A stretch of DNA of 64,000 bases from Thecamonas trahens ATCC 50062. Taxonomy: Eukaryota; Protista; Apusomonadida. Positions 1-10,644 of the stretch are shown here, one piece after another. Below the pieces are notes generated by a model. It did not search any database. It saw only the letters and a program-made list of their open reading frames with translations, and was not told where the DNA came from. Location: positions 436,039-500,038 of the forward strand of contig NW_013657665.1 of assembly GCF_000142905.1 (NCBI RefSeq), read 5' to 3'. Positions within the stretch are counted from its first letter, which is position 1, and each line of letters begins with the position of its first letter. The position numbers were made by a program, and so were the translations under genes.

Positions 1-3000
1 CATCGTCGGCGCTGCATAGTGCCGATCCTCACGCAGCGCGCACTGCGCTCGATGCCGCCACCAAGTCGATGAGCGACTTTACTGCCGAGACCCAGCTGCC
101 GCCATCACCAGACAAGGTTGTGGCGCGCGCACAAACTCGAGTGGACAACGAGCAGGCCCGACTCATCGACGCGCTCGCACAGTTGAAGCTGCTTGCAGTC
201 TCGTCGCGCTCATCTTCGCGCGCATCATCGCCTGTTCCGTCAGCCGACATCGAACACGGCGAGAGTGGCACCGAGTCGCTGGCCATGCCAACGTCTGAGT
301 TGGAAAGACTGCGGAGCGAACTGGACGCCGCTCGGGCAGGCAACGCTCGCCTGGAGGCGCAGGTCGAGGTGCTCTCGGCTAACATGGACCTTGCACACTT
401 TGCCGACGCCCACGCTTCGGCCGAGGCGGCGGCCGCCTCGGCAAAGGGCATCATGACCAGCGCTGGCGCCGACGATGAAGCCTTGCTTCGCGTCCGCGCC
501 CTTCAGGCGCAGGTCAAACGCCTCGAGTCTGTCGTCTCCATTGCAGCTGCACTCGTGGGTCATGAGGTTCTTGGCTCAGCAGCCGACGCTAGCGAGGTCA
601 AGGATACTGGCGGCTATAATGCTAGCTCTGCTTCAGGCTCGGACTCGTCATCGGACGACGGCAGTCGCGACACTCCACTAGACGCGCTGGCGGAGCGATT
701 GGGGCCGCAGCTAGAGCGCCTGGCCGAGGCCGCGTATCAGGCGTTCGAGTCCGAAGCAGTGGCTCAGCTGGAGACCGCGCTGGAAGCACGCCAGCGCGAG
801 TTGCACACGCTACTTGTGGAGCGCGGCGAGCTCGAGCTTGCAGAGGCTACCTCGGCGCGCGACGTGGCCGAAGTCGCGCTCATCCACGCCTCTGCCCACA
901 ACGCAAGCTTGCAGGGGCAAGTCGAGGGCCTGTACGCTACGTTTGGATTTATGGAGCTCCTCAACTTGTCGTCCCGGGTTGAGGCCGCGCGTGCGCTGGG
1001 CGTCGATGCGCTGATGAGTCGACTGGAGAGCGGCGAGACGTCTGCGGCACAGAGCGAGCTTGCCAAAGAGCTGTCGGAGCTCAAGAGTGGGGTGAAGCTG
1101 GCAACGTACGTGGCGCAGCAGCAAGATGCAGTGCACGCGGCCCAGGCGAAACTTGTCGCCGTGGTGTCCAAGCTTGAGGCTGAAAGTCCAGATGTTCTCT
1201 CTGATGAGCTCCGTTTGGAGCTTGCTGAAGCGCTGGACGTGCCTGCGCCACCAGCTGCCCTGCCTTCTGTGGCGGCTATGGCGAAGCGAGCAGCGCCCAT
1301 GCTGGATGCCGAAGTGGACGAGTTGAATGCGCTGCGTGAGTCTTCGGGGCGGGTTCGGGCTGGGGTCGAGCAGCTGGTTGACCACCTTGAAGCTGAGCTC
1401 CTGGGCCCGCAAGCGCGTGGTGCGCTCGACGAGCTTGTGGTGCTAACCGGCCTCTCACCGCTTGAAGGCCGCTCGTTGGCGGGCAGGCGGCTGACACGGG
1501 AGCGGTCTGCGTCATTTACCACCGAGGATCCTCACCTGGAGATTGCGGTGCTACGTCGTCAGCTGGCGTCGACCAAGGCACAGCTCGAGGGTGCACGGAG
1601 CATGGTCTCGCTGGGACGGTTTGCCGCCATTGAGCTCGACAAGATGGAGCACCGGGCACCGATTTCTGTGTCTGAGCTGGCCAAGCTGCAGTCAGAGCAT
1701 GTGGCAATCAAGGAGCGCAACGCGGCGCTATTGAAGGCGCGCAAAACCCTCGAATCGAAGACGTCTGTGCTTGCAGAGAAGCTGCAGGTGACACAAGAGA
1801 TGCTTGCCGGATACCTGGGCACCGACGGCGCGTCAGGAGCCCGACAAGTCGAGGCCCGGCTCGACGAGCTGGCAGCGGAAAAGGTGGAGTTGGCGGGCCA
1901 GCTGGACGCGGCGACCAAGTCGCTCGAGGCGATGACGCTCAAGGCCGCTGAGGCCCAGATGGCGTTGGAGCAGGCTCAATCGAGCGAGGCAGTCGTGTCG
2001 GCGACGACTGTCAGCAGCGGCCAGAGCGCCGAGCTCAGATCGCAAGTGGCAAGCCTTGAGGCTCAGGCCGAGACCGACGAGGCGGAGCGGCGGCGTCTGG
2101 CGAATCGGGTCGAGTCACTGTCATCGAGGCATGCGCAGATGGAGTCCATCCTGAAGGCATACCTAGAGAACGAGTCTCAGGGCTCGCAGGCACTCGCCAA
2201 TGAGTTTGACCGCATCCTGCAGGAAAAGTCCGATGTGGAGGCGGCGCTGGCGCAGCAACGGGCCGAGTCGTCCGCAGCACTGGCAGAAATGACAGAGCAG
2301 CTCGAGGTGCTCCGTCAGGCACAGGGCAACGTGCTTGATCGGGGCAGCCATCGCCGGGCGGTGTCGATGGGCGGCAGCGCTTCTGCGCACTCGTCCATCC
2401 AAGCACTGCATGAGCAGCTTGCGTCAGAGCGGGCGTCGGCGAGTGCAACCGAGGCCGAGCTCCGCGACACGATTGACGAGCTCAACAGACGCCTGGGTGC
2501 AGCGAATGCGATGTTGGGACAGTTTGTCGAGAGCGACTCGGCGTCCAAAACGGAGCTGAAGGGACACATTCAGGCTGTGGCAATGGAGAAGGAGGCGATG
2601 GAGGAGAAGATCCACGCTGCAGAGCAGGCGGTGTCGGTGGCCGAGCACGAGAGCCAGGTGGCTCAGCTGGAGATTGTCCGGCTGACCAACGAGAATCTGG
2701 TGCTCTCTTCAAAGATCAAGTCGCTGCAGTTCCAGGTAGAGCAGGCCGAGACATCGTCGCCGCGCAAGCAGGAGGCGCTTCTCCGACGGCAGCTATCGAC
2801 GTCGCTGGCGCGGCTTGACGCGGCTGACGGCAACGAGTCTGCGGCAGATTTGTCGGCAAGTGCGTTCGATCTGGATTTGGGTGACGAGACGCTGCGTCCA
2901 CGGGTTCGCGCGATAGCCGATAAGCACGATCTGTTGCGTGAGCTGCTTGGCACGTATGTGGCCGACGAAGAGCAGGGCGGTGGTAAGCTCCTGGACCAGC

Positions 3001-6000
3001 TTGACGCGCTTGTGGAAGAGCGCGCGGAGCTGGAAATGCAACTTGTGAAGGCGAATGCTGTGAAGGACGCACTGCTGACGTCGCAGGACCAGCTGCGTGC
3101 GCAGCTCGCTCAGGCTAAGCGGCGATCAGGCTCTGCGCTAGGCTCGCCAGCGGACTATGAGTCGGACATGGCGAGCGTGTTCTCCGGACCCGGCTCGGCA
3201 ACGGGCTCGCTTCCGGCGGACAACTCGGGCTCTCTGCTTGCGCAGCTGCGCGAGCGTAACACCGAGCTGGAAGCCGCCAACGAGGCACTTGGCGATCAGC
3301 TGGACATGTGGGACGCGCGGTTCAATGCGCTCATGAGCAAGTATGCAGTCATGCAGTCGACGCTCTCCGAGTACTTGCGAGACGAGCAGTCGGGCTCGCG
3401 AAACCTCGCCGTCGAACTAGGTGAGTTGCTCGATCAGCGCAATGCAGCAGAGCTCCGCATTCACGAGCTTACCAAAGAGCTCGATGCTGCACGAGCAGAT
3501 GCTCAGATGCTCAAGTCGACCGGGAGCGTGGGGCTACAGTCGGGTGGTGTGCACAACAGCCGGAGTCGGCGTGGCGATGCTGAGGCGGCGCAAACGCGCG
3601 ACCAGATGGCGTCGTTGCAGTCGTCGCTGGCAGCGGCGAACACGCGCGCGGCCGAGTTGGCGGCGCAACTTGAGGCGGTCGATGCCGCTCTGGGGCGCGC
3701 ATCGTCAACAGTGGACGCCGAAGGCGACTGCGGGCGGGCCGAGATTGTGGATGCACTTGTTGCCAAGGTCGGTGAGACCGAAGGTCAGCTCCGTGAGTCG
3801 CGACGACAGCTGATCGACGCCAATCTGCGGCGGCGGGCCAAGGCCGAGAGCGCCAGCAGTGCTATGAGTAGAGACGACGACGGATCTGACGGGCCGCGGG
3901 TGCACGCTCTCGAACGACGGGTCCAGGTGCTCACTGAGAAGTTGACAACGGTCCACGGCATGCTGGCAGGGTACATGGACGGCGAGGACGAGGCAAGCAA
4001 GCTGGAGCGTATCGACACTGTGGTGGACGAGCTGGCTGAGAAAAAGGCGTCTGCCGAGGCGCAGCTGCGCGAGACCGAGGCGGCGCTGCGAACTGAGTCA
4101 GAGGCTCTGTCGGAAGCGCGCCGCGAGCTGGAGCGTGCGCTGGCCAGTGGAGGAGGGAATGGCGAGGAAAGCCCAGATATGGAGGCGCTGCGAAAGGCTA
4201 AGGAAGATGTAGAGCGGAAGCTGGAGGCTCAGCTGCGGGTGGTGGACTCGCTGCGGTTCTCGGTGCGGGAGTACGAGCGCGACTATGAAGTTGCCGACTC
4301 TGAGCGGGCGTTGTACTCGTCGGAGCACGAATACGTGCTGAAGGCTCTCAATGCTGAGCGCAAGTTGCATGATTTGGTGCCACTGCGTGATGCAAAGCAA
4401 GCGGTCGAGTCAATGCTAGCTGTCTCACGGGCCAACGAAGACATGCTGGCCAAGGCGCAGCGCAAGGTGGCGCGGGCCGAGGAGCGATACGAGGAGCTGG
4501 AGTTGGAGTCGCAAGAGGCGATGGACGCGCTGGAAGAGCGCATGTCGCTACTCTCGGCCAAGCATGAAAAGCTTCACGGAATGCTGTCGGCGGTGATGAC
4601 CAACTCGCAGATGGAGGACTCTGACCGGAACGCGTTGGACGTGGTGGTGTCTCGACTCGACGAGATGGTGGACGAAAACGCCAAGCTGGTGACCCAGCGC
4701 GATGTGCTTGCGAACCAGGTGACCGAGCTGGAAAATGCTGTCGAGCGTAGCAAGGTCGATGCTCCTCCAGGTGGCGCGAGCGATGCCGAGATCGAGGCAC
4801 TCGAGGCCGAGCACGAGGCCGAGATGGAGGCTCTCAACGGTCGTGTCGTACGACTGGCAGACAAGCTGCAGTACGTAGAGACGATGCTGACCCGTGCGCT
4901 CGAGACCGAGGGCGAGGGGACCGCTGACGCCGTCTATGCTGCGCTTGACGAGGTCCTTGCTGCCAAGCGCGCTCTGGAGCTGGAGAATACGCGGTTAGCG
5001 GCGGAGGTGGAGGCTGCTCGCGAGGCTGCAGACGATGTGGAGACGGAGGCGAGTACGGATGCTGAGGCAGAAGCCAGGTTTGAGGTTCTCAACAAGCGGG
5101 TGGCCAAGCTTTCGGACCGGCTGGTGTACGTCCAGGACATGCTGCGGGCTGCGCTAGAGGCCGAGGATGCCAGTGCAGTGGATGCCGTGTACGCGCGGCT
5201 TGATGAGCTGGCCAACGAGAACGCCGAGCTGAAGGCCAGGGCGCAGGACTCGACTGGAGACGAGGTTGGGGCGGATGCGGCGGCAGCAGCAGAGGCAGAA
5301 GCCAAGCTCGAGGTTCTCAACAAGCGGGTGACCAAGCTTTCGGACCGGCTGGTGTACGTCCAGGACATGCTGCGGGCTGCGCTGGAGGCCGAGGATGCCA
5401 GTGCAGTGGATGCCGTGTACGCGCGGCTTGATGAGCTGGCCAACGAGAACGCCGAGCTGAAGGCCAAGGCGCAGGACTCGACTGGAGACGAGGTTGGGGC
5501 GGATGCGGCGGCAGCAGCAGAGGCAGAAGCCAAGCTCGAGGTTCTCAACAAGCGGGTGACCAAGCTTTCGGACCGGCTGGTGTACGTCCAGGACATGCTG
5601 CGGGCTGCGCTGGAGGCCGAGGATGCCAGTGCAGTGGATGCCGTGTACGCGCGGCTTGATGAGCTGGCCAACGAGAACGCCGAGTTGTCAGAGCAACTAC
5701 AGACAGTGACGAGAGAAAGTGAGATGGAAGTCGGAAGCAACAAGAGCGGTGCGACAGTCGAAGCCGACGTCGATGCCGAGACGATCAAGGCTAATGTGCG
5801 CCAGGCGTTGGAAGTGACAGACGAGGCCGAAAGAGCCGAGGCTGTGATGTCAGCTGTGGAAGAGCTTTCGTCGGCCAAGGACGCAGCCGAGGCCGAGTCT
5901 CTGACGCTGCGGCGCAAGATGGTCCTGCTTGGTGCCAATGAGGAAGATGTGGGCACAAAGCCAGTCGGAACGCTGTACGAGCAGCTGCGGGCGAGCGAGG

Positions 6001-9000
6001 CTGCACGGCGTGAGCTCGAAGTGAGAGTGTCCCAGCTGGAATCTGGCGATGTCGGACCGCTTGCACATGATGTGATGTGCAAGACGGCGACAAGCGAGTC
6101 AAGCGGCGAGTCCCTGGAGGCACTGAAGCACAAACTTGCAGGTATGCAGGAAACGCTGTCGCGGTACATCCACGAGTCATCGCGCGACCGGGACGCGGAC
6201 GCGGTGACCGCGACGATTGAGGAGCTCATTGCGCGGCGGATCGAGCTGGCTCGCGAGAACAATGCGCTTCGGCGCGCTGCAGAGCTGAGCCCCGAAGCAC
6301 TCGCCGCGCTGACATCTCCTGGGCCATGGATCCGTAGGGTGTGGCGGCTGGCACGACAGGCCGCCACGCCGCGTGCACCGGCTTCTGCGCTCGCGGCGAT
6401 GCGGTCGGTGGTACGCGATGCGCGCGAACAATCAGCCCGTTTGGAAGAGTCACTCGAGCAGGCTGTGCGCCGGCACGGAGAAAGTGAGGAGGCTTTGGAG
6501 CAAGCGACGATGGAACTTGCGCATGTTCGCGGTGAGCTTCTGTCTTCTGTTGCGAATGTGGAGAAGATGACTGCTGCTGCCGAGGCCGCCAGGCTTGCAG
6601 AGTCCAAGGCTGTCGAAGCCGCTGGGGTGCGCACGAGGGAAGTCGAAGCTGCCAAGGCCGAGGTCGAGGCTGCTGCCGAGGCCGCCAGGATTGAGGTAGA
6701 GGCTGCCGAGGTGCGCGTGCAGGAGGCTATTGCAGCGAAGGAGGATGCCGAGGCACGGGCCGAGGCGGCCGAGACAGCCAAGGTTGAAGCTGCTGATGCT
6801 GCCCAGGTGCGCGTGCAGGAGGCTGTGGTGGCAAGGACGGATGCCGAGGCGCGGGCCAAGGCTGCTGTCGAGACCGCCAGGATTGAGGTTGAGGCTGCCC
6901 AGTTGCGCGTGCAGGAGGCTGTCGCAGCAAAGGAGGATGCTGAGGCGCGAGCCGAGGCGGCCGAGGCAGCCAAGGGTGAAGCCGAATCGGCGGCCGAAGC
7001 GGCCAAGGCCGATGCTCAAGCTGCCGACGCGCGAGCCAGGGAGGCTCAAGCTATGGTCGAGTCCGCGGTGGCTGCCAAGTCCAAAGCAACAGAGCTTGTT
7101 GGCGAGCAGCAGCGAGCTGCGGCGCAGGCCGATGCAGATGTTGCTGCTGCCAAAGCACAGGCTGCGGCTGCCCAGAACGCAGCTTCTGAGGCCGAGGCTG
7201 CGGCTGCAACTGCCAAGGCCGAGACCGAGGCTGCCAAGAGTGAGGCCGAGGCTGCCAAGGCCGAGGCCGAGGCTGCCAAGGCCGAGGCCGAGGCTGCCAA
7301 GAGTGAGGCCGAGGCTGCCAAGAGTGAGGCCGAGGCTGCCAAGAGTGAGGCTGAGGCTGCTCGCGCCAAGACGGACAAGGCCGAAGACGAGGCTGTGGCT
7401 GCCAAGGCCGACGCCGAGGCTGCTGTCGCCAGGCTAGCCGAGGCCGAAGACGAGGCTGCGGCTGCCAAGGCCGAAGCCGAGGCTGCTGTCGCCAGGCTAG
7501 CCGAGGCCGAAGACGAGGCTGCGGCTGCCAAGGCCGAAGCCGAGGCTGCTGTCGCCAGGCTAGCCGAGGCCGAAGACGAGGCTGCGGCTGCCAAGGCCGA
7601 GGCCGAGACTGCTGTCGCCAGGGTAGCCAAGGCCGAAGACGAGGCTGCGGCTGCCAAGGCCGAGGCCGAGACTGCCCACGCCAAGACGGGCGAGGCCGAG
7701 ACTGCCGCGGCGGCAGCACGTGCTGAAGCTCGACAGAGCATTGCTGACGCCAAGTCAAAGCACAAGGCGTACGCCAAGTCGTTGCAGCGCCAGATCCTGG
7801 AGCTCAACAACGAGGTTTCGTCGCTGCAGGAGCAGCTGGAGCTGGCTCGCGGTGCGGTGGTGGGGTGGGAACGTGCGCAGCGATCGGCCATGTCGGACGC
7901 GCTGTCAGCAGACGCGACTGCGGCCAATCACGAGCTGGAGCAGGCCAAGGCGCGGGTGGCTGTAGTCGAGGCGCGGAACCACGCGCTGGAGGCCCGACTG
8001 CATGAGGTCGAGCGCGAGAACACAGTGCTCACCCATTCGATGTCTGTGGGTGGTACCGGCGGTGGTGGCGGTGCTGGGAACACGTCTGGCATCTCCGTCT
8101 CACACTTTTTCAACGAGTCGTCCATCTCCATCCTCGACGCCGGCCGACTTGAGCGCGAGATGGCAGACTTGAAGCAAGCCAAGCTCGAGGCTCAAGTTGT
8201 CGCTAACGACCTGCGCCGGGAAGTTGCGGAGCTCACCGAGAAGCTCGCCAACACCTCGACTGACGCAGAGCTGGCCGTCAGAGTTGAGCAGCTGGAGGCC
8301 TCGCTCGCGGGAGCCGACGCCGATGTCGCCGCTGCCCGCAACGAACTCCGCAGCGAGTCTGAAGTCGCGCAGCGCCGTATCGCTCACCTTGAAGAGGCAC
8401 TCGCCCGGCTCAAGCTCTCGCTGGCCGACGCAGACTCCAAGTTCCTCGCCAAGGAGTCAGAGGCAGTTATGCTGGCCGAGGCCAAGGGCCAGGCCGAACT
8501 CTCTGCCAGCAGCGCGCTTAGCAAGCTCGAGACCGAGGCTCACGATCGGCGCGCTGCCCTCGCTCGCGTAGCGGCTCTGGAGGGCGAGCTGGAGGCAACC
8601 CAGGCCGCACTCGTCGAGGCCCAGGACGAGCTGTCGCGCATTTACGAGGACATGGTGCCCAAGGCCGCGTACTCGGAAAAGGTGGCTCAGGTTCGCATCC
8701 TCTCCGATGAGCGTGCCGTTCTCCGTGGCGAAGTCGAGGAGATGCGCATCGCCAAGAGCGATCTCGAGTACGAGGTCTCTGTTCTCCAGACCAAGTACGC
8801 CCACCTCGCCACCCTCCGTTCTCCCAAGCCGCTGGCGCACCCATCCGGGGATCCCGCATCGGTCCGCGGCGCCGACGCCTCACCGCGCCTCACTCGTTCA
8901 TCGTACCTCACCGAAGCTCTGGCCATGGACGAGGCCTCACTTCGGTCATCACACACTGTCCGCGAGTCACTCAGCACCAGCGAGGACTCCTCTCTTGCCC

Positions 9001-9260
9001 ACTCCATCTCCTCGCGTCGCGCTGTCCACGACGTGCTCTCGCAGCAAGCCGCTGCTGTCCTCGCCGCCCAGCCGGCCAACGGTCAGCCCTCGCCGCTACC
9101 GCGCCGACTCGTGTATGCCTCGGACGGCTCGCTTGCCATCTCGGATTCGGAGTACTCGATCGTACCGAGCCAGTTTGCCGCTTCGCAGTCACTTCGCCAT
9201 GTCGACTCGGCATCAAGCGATGTCTTGGCTGCAGACGACAATGCACACGCAGCCGAGTAA
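1..9260 (+). CDS. Giant coiled-coil protein (>3000 aa), probably 5'-truncated by the window
   Basis: 3063-aa ORF rich in A/E/L/R with heptad character. The frame is open from base 3 to the ATG at 69, so the true start may lie upstream. Contains internal repeats. Confidence 0.85.
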   Translation, partial: SSALHSADPHAARTALDAATKSMSDFTAETQLPPSPDKVVARAQTRVDNEQARLIDALAQLKLLAVSSRSSSRASSPVPSADIEHGESGTESLAMPTSELERLRSELDAARAGNARLEAQVEVLSANMDLAHFADAHASAEAAAASAKGIMTSAGADDEALLRVRALQAQVKRLESVVSIAAALVGHEVLGSAADASEVKDTGGYNASSASGSDSSSDDGSRDTPLDALAERLGPQLERLAEAAYQAFESEAVAQLETALEARQRELHTLLVERGELELAEATSARDVAEVALIHASAHNASLQGQVEGLYATFGFMELLNLSSRVEAARALGVDALMSRLESGETSAAQSELAKELSELKSGVKLATYVAQQQDAVHAAQAKLVAVVSKLEAESPDVLSDELRLELAEALDVPAPPAALPSVAAMAKRAAPMLDAEVDELNALRESSGRVRAGVEQLVDHLEAELLGPQARGALDELVVLTGLSPLEGRSLAGRRLTRERSASFTTEDPHLEIAVLRRQLASTKAQLEGARSMVSLGRFAAIELDKMEHRAPISVSELAKLQSEHVAIKERNAALLKARKTLESKTSVLAEKLQVTQEMLAGYLGTDGASGARQVEARLDELAAEKVELAGQLDAATKSLEAMTLKAAEAQMALEQAQSSEAVVSATTVSSGQSAELRSQVASLEAQAETDEAERRRLANRVESLSSRHAQMESILKAYLENESQGSQALANEFDRILQEKSDVEAALAQQRAESSAALAEMTEQLEVLRQAQGNVLDRGSHRRAVSMGGSASAHSSIQALHEQLASERASASATEAELRDTIDELNRRLGAANAMLGQFVESDSASKTELKGHIQAVAMEKEAMEEKIHAAEQAVSVAEHESQVAQLEIVRLTNENLVLSSKIKSLQFQVEQAETSSPRKQEALLRRQLSTSLARLDAADGNESAADLSASAFDLDLGDETLRPRVRAIADKHDLLRELLGTYVADEEQGGGKLLDQLDALVEERAELEMQLVKANAVKDALLTSQDQLRAQLAQAKRRSGSALGSPADYESDMASVFSGPGSATGSLPADNSGSLLAQLRERNTELEAANEALGDQLDMWDARFNALMSKYAVMQSTLSEYLRDEQSGSRNLAVELGELLDQRNAAELRIHELTKELDAARADAQMLKSTGSVGLQSGGVHNSRSRRGDAEAAQTRDQMASLQSSLAAANTRAAELAAQLEAVDAALGRASSTVDAEGDCGRAEIVDALVAKVGETEGQLRESRRQLIDANLRRRAKAESASSAMSRDDDGSDGPRVHALERRVQVLTEKLTTVHGMLAGYMDGEDEASKLERIDTVVDELAEKKASAEAQLRETEAALRTESEALSEARRELERALASGGGNGEESPDMEALRKAKEDVERKLEAQLRVVDSLRFSVREYERDYEVADSERALYSSEHEYVLKALNAERKLHDLVPLRDAKQAVESMLAVSRANEDMLAKAQRKVARAEERYEELELESQEAMDALEERMSLLSAKHEKLHGMLSAVMTNSQMEDSDRNALDVVVSRLDEMVDENAKLVTQRDVLANQVTELENAVERSKVDAPPGGASDAEIEALEAEHEAEMEALNGRVVRLADKLQYVETMLTRALETEGEGTADAVYAALDEVLAAKRALELENTRLAAEVEAAREAADDVETEASTDAEAEARFEVLNKRVAKLSDRLVYVQDMLRAALEAEDASAVDAVYARLDELANENAELKARAQDSTGDEVGADAAAAAEAEAKLEVLNKRVTKLSDRLVYVQDMLRAALEAEDASAVDAVYARLDELANENAELKAKAQDSTGDEVGADAAAAAEAEAKLEVLNKRVTKLSDRLVYVQDMLRAALEAEDASAVDAVYARLDELANENAELSEQLQTVTRESEMEVGSNKSGATVEADVDAETIKANVRQALEVTDEAERAEAVMSAVEELSSAKDAAEAESLTLRRKMVLLGANEEDVGTKPVGTLYEQLRASEAARRELEVRVSQLESGDVGPLAHDVMCKTATSESSGESLEALKHKLAGMQETLSRYIHESSRDRDADAVTATIEELIARRIELARENNALRRAAELSPEALAALTSPGPWIRRVWRLARQAATPRAPASALAAMRSVVRDAREQSARLEESLEQAVRRHGESEEALEQATMELAHVRGELLSSVANVEKMTAAAEAARLAESKAVEAAGVRTREVEAAKAEVEAAAEAARIEVEAAEVRVQEAIAAKEDAEARAEAAETAKVEAADAAQVRVQEAVVARTDAEARAKAAVETARIEVEAAQLRVQEAVAAKEDAEARAEAAEAAKGEAESAAEAAKADAQAADARAREAQAMVESAVAAKSKATELVGEQQRAAAQADADVAAAKAQAAAAQNAASEAEAAAATAKAETEAAKSEAEAAKAEAEAAKAEAEAAKSEAEAAKSEAEAAKSEAEAARAKTDKAEDEAVAAKADAEAAVARLAEAEDEAAAAKAEAEAAVARLAEAEDEAAAAKAEAEAAVARLAEAEDEAAAAKAEAETAVARVAKAEDEAAAAKAEAETAHAKTGEAETAAAAARAEARQSIADAKSKHKAYAKSLQRQILELNNEVSSLQEQLELARGAVVGWERAQRSAMSDALSADATAANHELEQAKARVAVVEARNHALEARLHEVERENTVLTHSMSVGGTGGGGGAGNTSGISVSHFFNESSISILDAGRLEREMADLKQAKLEAQVVANDLRREVAELTEKLANTSTDAELAVRVEQLEASLAGADADVAAARNELRSESEVAQRRIAHLEEALARLKLSLADADSKFLAKESEAVMLAEAKGQAELSASSALSKLETEAHDRRAALARVAALEGELEATQAALVEAQDELSRIYEDMVPKAAYSEKVAQVRILSDERAVLRGEVEEMRIAKSDLEYEVSVLQTKYAHLATLRSPKPLAHPSGDPASVRGADASPRLTRSSYLTEALAMDEASLRSSHTVRESLSTSEDSSLAHSISSRRAVHDVLSQQAAAVLAAQPANGQPSPLPRRLVYASDGSLAISDSEYSIVPSQFAASQSLRHVDSASSDVLAADDNAHAAE
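5066..5684 (+). repeat. About 2.7 near-identical 228-bp (76-aa) coding tandem repeats
   Basis: GAGGTTCTCAACAAGCGGG recurs at 5082, 5310 and 5538; peptide EVLNKRV.KLSDRLVYVQDMLRAALEAEDASAVDAVYARLDELANENAEL. Confidence 0.95.
7190..7700 (+). repeat. Coding 21-bp (AEAEAAK/SEAEAAK) and 63-bp (AEDEAAAAKAEAEAAVARLAE) tandem repeats
   Basis: Visible directly in the DNA and the translation. Confidence 0.9.
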
Positions 9261-9398
9261 CCGCTAGCCGAGTAACACAGCTTATTATCAGCCTGACAAG
9301 CACTCAACTCAACCCCACTCACCCACCACCGCAGTCACCACCACCTCCACCACCACCACTTTCACTGCCACTCCACCTAGCAAAGTCTGCTGTTCTGC

Positions 9399-10638
9399 AT
9401 GACAACGTCTACTCTCCACAACGGAATCCGCATCGGCAGCCGTGTACGCACCGCCTCTCGCCATGCCCTCCCCCACGCCAAAGAGGGAGATCAGTCCGTT
9501 GGCCACAACTGCATTCAAACTTTTGCACTCACTCTCCCCCCCCCCCCCTCCCCCCCCCCCCCACCCACACACACCCACCCACCCAACCCCTTCCCCTTGC
9601 CGCTTCTTCTCACAGGTCGCCGTCCATGGCCTCGACACAACTCCCGTGCCCGGAATTGTGCGGTATGTGGGTGAGGTCCAATTCGCGTCCGGCATGCATG
9701 TCGGGGTCGAGCTGGCAAGCCCCATCGGGTCCTGCGACGGCTCGGTCGACGGCGTGTTCTACTTTGAGGCACGGGCCGATCACGGCGCTATCGTCCGCGC
9801 GCACCACGTCGAGCCGCTAAAGCGAGCCCGGCCGGCTTCGGCAGATGTGGCTCGAAGCAAGGTGCGTGGAGCTCGGGCGAGTCGCAAGCCGCGGCCAGGT
9901 TCGGCCCAGATGCGTGGAACCATTGCCGACGCCAACTGCCATGAGACGCAGACAGCATTGAGGGAGGCCAAGGCGCGGCTCTCGCTTGGAGACAGGGTGC
10001 GATCGCACGGCCTCGATGGAGTCATTCGCTACATTGGTGTTCCACAGTTTGCCACAGACGAGCACCCGGTGTGGATCGGGATCGAGCTCGACAAGCCGGC
10101 CGAGCTGACTGCCGGATACGCGCTCAAGCACAAAGGCTTCTTCTACTCGATCGGGCGCAACGACGGGACAGTGATGGGCGAAGAGTACTTTTGCACCGCC
10201 GAGCGGCACGCGCTGTTTGCGGCCCCAAGTGAAGTGCGCCGGCTCCTCCCTTCTGGTGAGATCCTCCCGACGCTTGAGGACGCGGCTGCAACCGCGACGG
10301 CATCCAACGAGGCCCACGTTGTCCGCTACCGCCGGCCGCCGGTCAAAGGCAAGACCAGGACTCGGCTGCGCCGTGAGCGCCTGAAGCGCAAGCTGGAAGC
10401 TGCGCAAGAGACCAAGGACAACATTGATGATGCGTTCATTCGGCTCAAGGCCAAAGAGCTGCAGGCACGTGCCATGGCAAACGACGAGAACGTCCGCCTT
10501 CCCACCGACGTCACCGACCGCTCTCTGGCGGCGCGCAAGCGAATGGAGTCGTCGCGGAGCCAGATCAAGCGGGCGGCCATGCGGGAGCGTCGGCTGATGG
10601 CGCAGCAGGCTGCAGTGCTAAAGCACCGCAAGGCATGA
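9399..10638 (+). CDS. Protein with two CAP-Gly domains and a basic C-terminal coiled coil; exons 9399-9443 and 9616-10638
   Basis: Intron GTACGC(9444)..TCACAG(9615) joins MTTSTLHNGIRIGSR to VAVHG...GIVRYVGEVQFASGMHVGVEL...GSCDGSVDGVFYF. Second domain LGDRV..HGLDGVIRYIG...WIGIELDKP...GRNDGTVMGEEYF. Confidence 0.9.
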
Positions 10639-10644
10639 CGACGA

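Noticed and set aside
4934-7927. Long antisense ORFs (690 aa, 293 aa) and many other overlapping ORFs
   Set aside because: Shadows of GC-rich, Ala/Glu-biased sense genes; low-complexity Ser/Ala translations without motifs
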